NCBI GenBank assembly: GCA_964016885.1
Contig: CAXHJY010000096.1
Coordinates: 868,001-932,000, forward strand
Direction: 5' to 3'
Origin: Eledone cirrhosa
Lineage: Eukaryota
DNA length: 64,000 bases
How positions within the stretch are numbered: position 1 is the first letter of the stretch; each line of letters opens with the position of its first letter. The position numbers and the translations under genes are program-made. The notes beneath the pieces were generated by a model that was not told the DNA's origin, made no database searches, and worked only from the letters and a program-made list of their open reading frames with translations. Shown here one piece after another: positions 54,168 to 64,000 of this stretch.

Positions 54168-57100
54168 ATTTGTAAAAAAATCAGGGGGAGATAATTTGTA
54201 AAAAATATCAGGGAGATAATTTGTAAAAAAAAATCAGGGGGAGATAATTTGTAAAAAAAATCAGGGGGAGATAATTTGTAAAAAAAAATCAGGGGGAGAT
54301 AATTTGTAAAAAAAATCAAGGGGAGATAATTTCCAGCCGTCCAAGGGGAGATAATTTTCAGCCGTCCAAGGGGAGATAATTTCCCGCCAGCCAAGGGAAG
54401 ATAATATTTAAAAAAATCAGGCGGAGATAATTTGTAAAAAAAATCAGGGGGAGATAATTTGTAAAAAAATCAGGGGGAGATAATTTGTAAAAAAAAAATC
54501 AGGGGGAGATAATTTGTAAAAAAAATCAGGGGGAGATAATTTGTAAAAAAAAATCAGGGGTAGATAATTTGTAAACAAAAATCAGGGGGAGATAATTTGT
54601 AAAAAAAAATCAGGGGGAGATAATTTGTAAAAAAAATGAAAGGGGAGATAATATCCAGCCGTCCAAGGGGAGATAATTTCCAGCCGTCCAAGGGGATATA
54701 ATTTCCAGCCGTCCAAGGGGAGATAATTTCCATCCTTCCAAGGGGATATAATTTCCAGCCGTCCAAGGGGAGATAATTTCCCGCCAGCCAAGGGAAGATA
54801 ATTTTTAAAAAAATCAGGCGGAGATTGTAAAAAAAATCAGGGGGGAGATAATTTGTAAAAAAATCAGGGGGAGATAATTTGTAAAAAATAATCAGGGGGA
54901 GATAATTTGTAAAAAAATTCAAGGGGAGATAATTTCCAGCCGTCCAAGGGGAGATAATTTCCCGCCAGCCAAGGGAAGATAATATTTAAAAAAATTAGGC
55001 GGAGATAATTTGTAAAAAAAATCAGGGGGAGATAATTTGTAAAAAAATCAGGGGGAGATAATTTGTAAAAAAAATCAGGGGGAGATAATTTGTAAAAAAA
55101 ATCATGGGGAGATAATTTGTAAAAAAAAATCAGGGGTAGATAATTTGTAAAAAAAAATCAGGGGGAGATAATTTGTAAAAAAAAATCAGGGGGAGATAAT
55201 TTGTAAAAAAAATCAAGGGGAGATAATATCCAGCCGTCCAAGGAGAGATAATTTAAAAAAAAAATGAGGCGGAGATAATTTGTAAAAAAAAAATCAGGGG
55301 GAGTTAATTTGTAAAAAAAAATGAGGGGGAGATAATTTGTAAAAAAAATCAAGGGGAGATAATTTCCAGCCGTCCAAGGGGAGATAATTTTCAGCCGTCC
55401 AAGGAGAGGTAATTTCTAGCCGTCCAAGGGGAGATAATTTCCAGCCGTCCAAGGGGAGGTAATTTCCAGCCGTCCAAGGGGAGATAATTTTTAAAAAAAA
55501 ATCAGGCGGAGATAATTTGTAAAAAAAATCAAGGGGAGATAATTTGCAGCCGTCCAAGGGGAGATAATTTTCAGTCGTCCAAGGAGAGGTAATTTCTAGC
55601 CGTCCAAGGGGAGATAATTTCCAGCCGTCCAAGGGGAGATAATTTCCAGCCGTCCAAGGGGAGATAATTTTTTTTAAAAAATCAGGCGGAGATAATTTGT
55701 AAAAAAAATCAGGGGGAGATAATTTGTAAACAAAATCAGGGGGAGATAATTTGTAAAAAAAAATCAGGGGGAGATAATTTGTAAAAAAAATTAGGCGTAG
55801 ATAATTTGTAAAAAAAAATCAGGGGGAGATAATTTGTAAAAAAAAATCAGGGGGAGATAATTTGTTTAAAAAATCAAGGGGAGATAATTTGCAGCCGTCC
55901 AAGGGGAGATAATTTTCAGCCGTCCAAGGAGAGGTAATTTCTAGCCGTTCAAGGGGAGATAATTTCCAGCCGTCCAAGGGGAGATAATTTCCAGCCGTCC
56001 AAGGGGAGATAATTTTTTTTAAAAAATCAGGCGGAGATAATTTGTAAAAAAAAATCAGGGGGAGATAATTCGTAAAAAAAAATCAGGGGGAGTTAATTTG
56101 TAAAAAAAAATCAGGGGGAGATAATTTGTAAAAAAAATCAAGGGGAGATAATTTCCAGCCGTCCAAGGGGAGGTAATATCTAGCCGTCCAAGGGGAGATA
56201 ATTTCCAGCCGTCCAAGGGGAGATAATTTCCAGCCGTCCAAGGGGAGATAATTTCCAGCCGTCCAAGGAGACATATTTTCCAGCCGTCCAAGGCGAGGTA
56301 ATTTCTAGCCGTCCAAGGGGAGATTAATTCCAGCCTCCAAGGGGAGATAATTTCCAGCCAGCCAAGGGGAGATAATTTGTAAAAAAATCAGGGGGAGATA
56401 ATTTGTAAAAAATATCAGGGAGATAATTTGTAAAAAAAAATCAGGGGGAGATAATTTGTAAAAAAAATCAGGGGGAGATAATTTGTAAAAAAAAATCAGG
56501 GGGAGATAATTTGTAAAAAAAATCAAGGGGAGATAATTTCCAGCCGTCCAAGGGGAGATAATTTTCAGCCGTCCAAGGAGAGGTAATTTCTAACCGTCCG
56601 AGGAGAGATAATTTCCAGCCGTCCAAGGGGAGATAATTTCCAGCCGTCCAAGGAGACATATTTTCCAGCCGTCCAAGGAGAGGTAATTTCTAGCCGTCCA
56701 AGGGGAGATAAATTCCAGCCTCCAAGGGGAGATAATTTCCAGCCAGCCAAGGGGAGATAATTTGTAAAAAAATCAGGGGGAGATAATTTGCAAAAAAAAT
56801 CAGGGGGAGATAATTTGTAAAAAAAATCAGGGGGAGATAATTTGTAAAAAATAATCAGGGGGAGATAATTTCCAGCCGTCCAAGGGAAGATAATTTCCAG
56901 CCCTCCAAGGGGCTATAATTTCCAGTGTCCAAGGGGAGATAATTTCCAGCCAGAGAAGGGGAGATAATTTTTTTTAAAAAATCATTGGGAGATTTGTAAA
57001 AAAAATCAGGGGGAGATAATTTGCAAAAAAAATCAGGGGGAGATAATTTGTAAAAAAAAATCAGGGGTAGATAATTTGTAAAAAAAAATCAGGGGGAGAT

Positions 57101-60100
57101 AATTTGTAAAAAAAAATCAGGGGGAGATAATTTGTAAAAAAAATCAAGGGGAGATAATTTCCAGCCGTCCAAGGAGAGATAATTTTAAAAAAAATCAGGC
57201 GGAGATAATTTGTAAAAAAAAATCAGGGGGAGATAATTTGTAAAAAAAATCAGGGGGAGATAATTTGTAAAAAAAAATCAGGGGTAGATAATTTGTAAAA
57301 AAAAATCAGGGGGAGATAATTTGTAAAAAAAAATCAGGGGGAGATAATTTGTAAAAAAAATCAAGGGGAGATAATTTCCAGCCGTCCAAGGAGAGATAAT
57401 TTTAAAAAAAATCAGGCGGAGATAATTTGTAAAAAAAAATTAGGGGGAGATAATTTGTAAAAAAAAATCAGGGGGAGATAATTTGTAAAAAAAATCAAGG
57501 GGAGATAATTTCCAGCCGTCCAAGGGGAGATAATTTTCAGCCGTCCAAGGGGAGATAATTTCCCGCCAGCCAAGGGAAGATAATATTCAAAAAAATCAGG
57601 CGGAGATAATTTGTAAAAAAAATCAGGGGGAGATAATTTGTAAAAAAATCAGGGGGAGATAATTTGTAAAAAAAAAAATCAGGGGGAGATAATTTGTAAA
57701 AAAAATCAGGGGGAGATAATTTGTAAAAAAAAATCAGGGGTAGATAATTTGTAAAAAAAAATCAGGGGGAGATAATTTGTAAAAAAAAATCAGGGGCAGA
57801 TAATTTGTAAAAAAAATGAAAGGGGAGATAATATCCAGCCGTCCAAGGGGAGATAATTTCCAGCCGTCCAAGGGGAGATAATTTCCAGCCGTCCAAGGGG
57901 AGAAAATTTCCATCCTTCCAAGGGGATATAATTTCCAGCCGGCCAAGGGGAGATAATTTCCATCCTTCCAAGGGGATATAATTTCCAGCCGTCCAAGGGG
58001 AGATAATTTTCAGCCGTCCAAGGAGAGGTAATTTCTAGCCGTCCAAGGAGAGATAATTTCCAGCCGTCCAAGGGGAGATAATTTCCAGCCGTCCAAGGGG
58101 AGATAATTTCCAGCCGTCCAAGGAGACATATTTTCCAGCCGTCCAAGGAGAGGTAATTCCTAGCCGTCCAAGGGGAGATAAATTCCAGCCTCCAAGGGGA
58201 GATAATTTCCAGCCAGCCAAGGGGAGATAATTTGTAAAAAAAATCAGGGGGAGATAATTTCTAAAAAAAATCAGGGGGAGATAATTTGTAAAAAAAAATC
58301 AGGGGGAGATAATTTGTAAAAAATAATCAGGGGGAGATAATTTGTAAAAAAAATCAAGGGGAGATAATTTCCAGCCGTCCAAGGGGAGATAATTTTCAGC
58401 CGTCCAAGGGGAGATAATTTCCCACCAGCCAAGGGAAGATAATATTTAAAAAAATTATGCGGAGATAATTTGTAAAAAAAATCAGGGGGAGATAATTTGT
58501 AAAAAAATCAGGGGGAGATAATTTGTAAAAAAAATCAGGGGGAGATAATTTGTAAAAAAAATCAGGGGGAGATAATTTGTAAAAAAAAATCAGGGGTAGA
58601 TAATTTGTAAAAAAAATCAGGGGGAGATAATTTGTAAAAAAAAATCAGGGGGAGATAATTTGTAAAAAAAATCAAGGGGAGATAATTTCCAGCCGTCCAA
58701 GGAGAGATAATTTTAAAAAAAATCAGGCGGAGATAATTTGTAAAAAAAAATCAGGGGGAGATAATTTGTAAAAAAAAATCAGGGGGAGATAATTTGTAAA
58801 AAAAATCAAGGGGAGATAATTTCCAGCCGTCCAAGGGGAGATAATTTTCAGCCGTCCAAGGGGAGATAATTTCCCGCCAGCCAAGGGAAGATAATATTCA
58901 AAAAAATCAGGCGGAGATAATTTGTAAAAAAAATCAGGGGGAGATAATTTGTAAAAAAATCAGGGGGAGATAATTTGTAAAAAAAAAAATCAGGGGGAGA
59001 TAATTTGTAAAAAAAATCAGGGGGAGATAATTTGTAAAAAAAAATTAGGGGTAGATAATTTGTAAAAAAAAATCAGGGGGAGATAATTTGTAAAAAAAAA
59101 TCAGGGGGAGATAATTTGTAAAAAAAATGAAAGGGGAGATAATATCCAGCCGTCCAAGGGGAGATAATTTCCAGCCGTCCAAGGAGAGATAATTTCCAGC
59201 CGTCCAAGGGGAGATAATTTCCATCCTTCCAAGGGGATATAATTTCCAGCCGTCCAAGGGGAGATAATTTCCATCCTTCCAAGGGGATATAATTTCCAGC
59301 CGTCCAAGGGGAGATAATTTTCAGCCGTCCAAGGAGAGGTAATTTCTAGCCGTCCAAGGAGAGATAATTTCCAGCCGTCCAAGGGGAGATAATTTCCAGC
59401 CGTCCAAGGGGAGATAATTTCCAGCCGTCCAAGGAGACATATTTTCCAGCCGTCCAAGGAGAGGTAATTCCTAGCCGTCCAAGGGGAGATAAATTCCAGC
59501 CTCCAAGGGGAGATAATTTCCAGCCAGCCAAGGGGAGATAATTTGTAAAAAAAATCAGGGGGAGATAATTTGTAAAAAAAATCAGGGGGAGATAATTTGT
59601 AAAAAAAAATCAGGGGGAGATAATTTGTAAAAAAAATCAAGGGGAGATAATTTCCAGCCGTCCAAGGGGAGATAATTTTCAGCCGTCCAAGGGGAGATAA
59701 TTTCCCGCCAGCCAAGGGAAGATAATATTCAAAAAAATCAGGCGGAGATAATTTGTAAAAAAAATCAGGGGGAGATAATTTGTAAAAAAATCAGGGGGAG
59801 ATAATTTGTAAAAAAAAAAATCAGGGGGAGATAATTTGTAAAAAAAATCAGGGGGAGATAATTTGTAAAAAAAAATCAGGGGTAGATAATTTGTAAAAAA
59901 AAATCAGGGGGAGATAATTTGTAAAAAAAAATCAGGGGGAGATAATTTGTAAAAAAAATGAAAGGGGAGATAATATCCAGCCGTCCAAGGGGAGATAATT
60001 TCCAGCCGTCCAAGGGGAGATAATTTCCAGCCGTCCAAGGGGAGATAATTTCCATCCTTCCAAGGGGATATAATTTCCAGCCGTCCAAGGGGAGATAATT

Positions 60101-63100
60101 TCCATCCTTCCAAGGGGATATAATTTCCAGCCGTCCAAGGGGAGATAATTTTCAGCCGTCCAAGGAGAGGTAATTTCTAGCCGTCCAAGGAGAGATAATT
60201 TCCAGCCGTCCAAGGGGAGATAATTTCCAGCCGTCCAAGGGGAGATAATTTCCAGCCGTCCAAGGAGACATATTTTCCAGCCGTCCAAGGAGAGGTAATT
60301 CCTAGCCGTCCAAGGGGAGATAAATTCCAGCCTCCAAGGGGAGATAATTTCCAGCCAGCCAAGGGGAGATAATTTGTAAAAAAAATCAGGGGGAGATAAT
60401 TTGTAAAAAAATCAGGGGGAGATAATTTGTAAAAAAAATCAGGGGGAGATAATTTGTAAAAAAAATCAGGGGGAGATAATTTGTAAAAAAAAATCAGGGG
60501 TAGATAATTTGTAAAAAAAAATCAGGGGGAGATAATTTGTAAAAAAATCAAGGGGAGATAATTTCCAGCCGTCCAAGGGAAGATAATTTCCAGCCCTCCA
60601 AGGGGCTATAATTTCCAGCGTCCAAGGGGAGATAATTTCCAGCCAGCGAAGGGGAGATAATTTTTTTAAAAAAATCATTGGGAGATTTGTAAAAAAAATC
60701 AGGGGGAGATAATTTGTAAAAAAAATCAAGGGGAGATAATTTCCAGCCGTCCAAGGGGAGGTAATATCTAGCCGTCCAAGGGTAGATAATTTCCAGCCGT
60801 CCAACGGGAGATAATTTCCAGCCGTCCAAGGGTAGATAATATCCAGCCGCCCAAGGACATATTTTCCAGCCGTCCAAGGAGAGGTAATTTCTAGCCGTCC
60901 AAGGGGAGATAATTTCCAGCCGTCCAAGGGTAGATAATATCCAGCCGTCCAAGGACATATTTTCCAGCCGTCCAAGGAGAGGTAATTTCTAGCCGTCCAA
61001 GGGGAGATAAATTCCAGCCTCCAAGGGGAGATAATTTCCAGCCAGCCAAGGGGAGATAATTTGTAAAAAAATCAGGGGGAGATAATTTGTAAAAAAAATC
61101 AGGGGGAGATAATTTGTAAAAAAAAATCAGGGGGAGATAATTTGTAAAAAAAAATCAGGGGGAGATAATTTGCAAAAAAAATCAGGGGGAGATAATTTGT
61201 AAAAAAAAATCAGGGGTAGATAATTTGTAAAAAAAAATCAGGGGGAGATAATTTGTAAAAAAAATCAAGGGGAGATAATTTCCAGCCGTCCAAGGAGAGA
61301 TAATTTTAAAAAAAATCAGGCGGAGATAATTTGTAAAAAAAAATCAGGGGGAGATAATTTGTAAAAAAAAATCAGGGGGAGATAATTTGTAAAAAAAAAT
61401 CAGGGGGAGATAATTTGTAAAAAAAATCAGGAGGAGATAATTTGTAAAAAAAATCAAGGGGAGATAATTTCCAGCCGTCCAAGGAGAGATAATTTAAAAA
61501 AAAATCAGGCGGAGATAATTTGTAAAAAAAAATCAGGGGGAGATAATTTGTAAAAAAAAATCAGGGGGAGATAATTTGTAAAAAAAATCAAGGGGAGATA
61601 ATTTCCAGCCGTCCAAGGGGAGATAATTTTCAGCCGTCCAAGGAGAGGTAATTTCTAACCGTCCGAGGAGAGATAATTTCCAGCCGTCCAAGGGGAGATA
61701 ATTTCCAGCCGTCCAAGGGGAGATAATTTCCAGCCGTCCAAGGAGACATATTTTCCAGCCGTCCAAGGAGAGGTAATTTCTAGCCGTCCAAGGGGAGATA
61801 AATTCCAGCCTCCAAGGGGAGATAATTTCCAGCCAGCCAAGGGGAGATAATTTGTAAAAAAATCAGGGGGAGATAATTTGCAAAAAAAATCAGGGGGAGA
61901 TAATTTGTAAAAAAAATCAGGGGGAGATAATTTGTAAAAAATAATCAGGGGGAGATAATTTCCAGCCGTCCAAGGGAAGATAATTTCCAGCCCTCCAAGG
62001 GGCTATAATTTCCAGTGTCCAAGGGGAGATAATTTCCAGCCAGCGAAGGGGAGATAATTTTTTTAAAAAAATCATTGGGAGATTTGTAAAAAAAATCAGG
62101 GGGAGATAATTTGTAAAAAAAATCAAGGGGAGATAATTTCCAGCCGTCCAAGGGGAGGTAATATCTAGCCGTCCAAGGGGAGATAATTTCCAGCCGTCCA
62201 AGGGGAGATAATTTCCAGCCGTCCAAGGGTAGATAATATCCAGCCGCCCAAGGACATATTTTCCAGCCGTCCAAGGAGAGGTAATTTCTAGCCGTCCAAG
62301 GGGAGATAAATTCCAGCCTCCAAGGGGAGATAATTTCCAGCCAGCCAAGGGGAGATAATTTGTAAAAAAATCAGGGGGAGATAATTTGTAAAAAAAATCA
62401 GGGGGAGATAATTTGTAAAAAAAAATCAGGGGGAGATAATTTGTAAAAAAAAATCAGGGGGAGATAATTTGCAAAAAAAATCAGGGGGAGATAATTTGTA
62501 AAAAAAAATCAGGGGTAGATAATTTGTAAAAAAAAATCAGGGGGAGATAATTTGTAAAAAAAAATCAGGGGGAGATAATTTGTAAAAAAAATCAAGGGGA
62601 GATAATTTGTAAAAAAAATCAAGGGGAGATAATTTCCAGCCGTCCAAGGGGAGGTAATATCTAGCCGTCCAAGGGGAGATAATTTCCAGCCGTCCAAGGG
62701 GAGATAATTTCCAGCCGTCCAAGGGTAGATAATATCCAGCCGCCCAAGGACATATTTTCCAGCCGTCCAAGGAGAGGTAATTTCTAGCCGTCCAAGGGGA
62801 GATAAATTCCAGCCTCCAAGGGGAGATAATTTCCAGCCAGCCAAGGGGAGATAATTTGTAAAAAAATCAGGGGGAGATAATTTGTAAAAAAAATCAGGGG
62901 GAGATAATTTGTAAAAAAAAATCAGGGGGAGATAATTTGTAAAAAAAAATCAGGGGGAGATAATTTGCAAAAAAAATCAGGGGGAGATAATTTGTAAAAA
63001 AAAATCAGGGGTAGATAATTTGTAAAAAAAAATCAGGGGGAGATAATTTGTAAAAAAAAATCAGGGGGAGATAATTTGTAAAAAAAATCAAGGGGAGATA

Positions 63101-64000
63101 ATTTGTAAAAAAAATCAAGGGGAGATAATTTCCAGCCGTCCAAGGGGAGGTAATATCTAGCCGTCCAAGGGGAGATAATTTCCAGCCGTCCAACGGGAGA
63201 TAATTTCCAGCCGTCCAAGGGTAGATAATATCCAGCCGCCCCAGGACATATTTTCCAGCCGTCCAAGGAGAGGTAATTTCTAGCCGTCCAAGGGGAGATA
63301 ATTTCCAGCCGTCCAAGGGTAGATAATATCCAGCCGTCCAAGGACATATTTTCCAGCCGTCCAAGGAGAGGTAATTTCTAGCCGTCCAAGGGGAGATAAA
63401 TTCCAGCCTCCAAGGGGAGATAATTTCCAGCCAGCCAAGGGGAGATAATTTGTAAAAAAATCAGGGGGAGATAATTTGTAAAAAAAATCAGGGGGAGATA
63501 ATTTGTAAAAAAAAATCAGGGGGAGATAATTTGTAAAAAAAAATCAGGGGGAGATAATTTGCAAAAAAAATCAGGGGGAGATAATTTGTAAAAAAAAATC
63601 AGGGGTAGATAATTTGTAAAAAAAAATCAGGGGGAGATAATTTGTAAAAAAAAATCAGGGGGAGATAATTTGTAAAAAAAATCAAGGGGAGATAATTTCC
63701 AGCCGTCCAAGGAGATTATAATTTTAAAAAAAATCAGGCGGAGATAATTTGTAAAAAAAAATCAGGGGGAGATAATTTGTAAAAAAAAATCAGGGGGAGA
63801 TAATTTGTAAAAAAAAATCAGGGGGAGATAATTTGTAAAAAAAATCAGGAGGAGATAATTTGTAAAAAAAATCAAGGGGAGATAATTTCCAGCCGTCCAA
63901 GGAGAGATAATTTAAAAAAAAATCAGGCGGAGATAATTTGTAAAAAAAAATCAGGGGGAGATAATTTGTAAAAAAATCAGGGGGAGATAATTTGTAAAAA
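54168..64000 (+). repeat. 10,605-bp HOR, copy 3 (equivalent to 1 to about 9860, runs off the window)
   Basis: Landmarks recur at +54,167 (387/54554, 3567/57734, 6299/60466), then at +54,139 (7394/61533, 8866/63005) after loss of one 28-bp A monomer near 61,240. The ~0.8 kb upstream matches the end of copy 1 (10536/54098). Confidence 0.93.

Larger units (their letters stand above)
1..64000 (+). repeat. Composite (two-monomer) tandem satellite array. Type A CAGGGGGAGATAATTTGT(A)7-11T and type B CAAGGGGAGATAATTTCCAGCCGTC, head-to-tail, running off both window edges
   Basis: The core GGGGAGATAATTT, or a close variant, recurs every 23-30 bp from the first base to the last, always in the same orientation. 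It is followed by either a GT(A)nT arm or a CCAGCCGTC arm. No non-repeat segment was seen. Confidence 0.99.

Noticed and set aside
387-63364. All minus-strand ORFs (61-230 aa; LDGWKLSPLGRLEIISPWTAGNYLP and SPPDFFYKL repeats)
   Set aside because: The reverse complement of consensus B has no stop codon in any frame, so three 25-bp monomers give the 25-aa repeat. The reverse complement of A has a stop in only one frame. The ORFs overlap in all three frames, mostly use alternative start codons, and are broken by A-tract length changes. The + strand has TAA in nearly every monomer. These are repeat artefacts.
1-64000. CRISPR-like repeat-spacer array (constant core plus variable segment)
   Set aside because: There are only two 'spacer' types of about 9-14 bp, each repeated many hundreds of times. 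There are no unique spacers, leader or cas genes.
1-64000. Telomerase-synthesised long telomeric repeat (as in 23-25 bp yeast repeats)
   Set aside because: Two different arms and kb-scale HORs with inherited SNPs indicate recombinational amplification, not templated addition. No known telomere motif was recognised.
1-64000. Canonical G-quadruplex array from the G4-5 runs
   Set aside because: The G runs are separated by about 21-25 nt, far longer than canonical loops, so stable intramolecular G4 is not supported.
1-64000. Shine-Dalgarno-like GGAG motifs, promoters, terminators or plasmid iterons
   Set aside because: There are no genes, rep ORF or origin context, and the motifs are simply part of the monomer core.
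1-64000. Pure sequencing artefact or synthetic data-encoding DNA
   Set aside because: Hierarchically shared SNPs and indels between copies look like natural satellite evolution. Local misassembly of copy number remains possible and needs read-level checks.

Overview
The whole 64 kb window is one uninterrupted, single-orientation tandem satellite array of roughly 2,400 monomers (estimated from length), most likely eukaryotic heterochromatic, centromeric or subtelomeric DNA. The organism and repeat family cannot be identified from the sequence alone. There are two interleaved monomers that share a 16-bp core, CA(A/G)GGGGAGATAATTT. Type A is CAGGGGGAGATAATTTGT(A)7-11T (26-30 bp, about 30% GC). 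Type B is CAAGGGGAGATAATTTCCAGCCGTC (25 bp, about 52% GC, one CpG). Runs of A and B alternate with stereotyped junction variants and form nested higher-order repeats (HORs). A 10,605-bp HOR family occupies both flanks (1-17,610 and about 53.4-64 kb), around a central domain of related ~5-7 kb units with recent 6,648-, 3,467- and 2,402-bp duplications. I found no credible genes, RNA genes, transposons, CRISPR array or unique sequence. All listed ORFs are minus-strand artefacts of the repeat. The interest here is the repeat architecture, not a protein-coding system.
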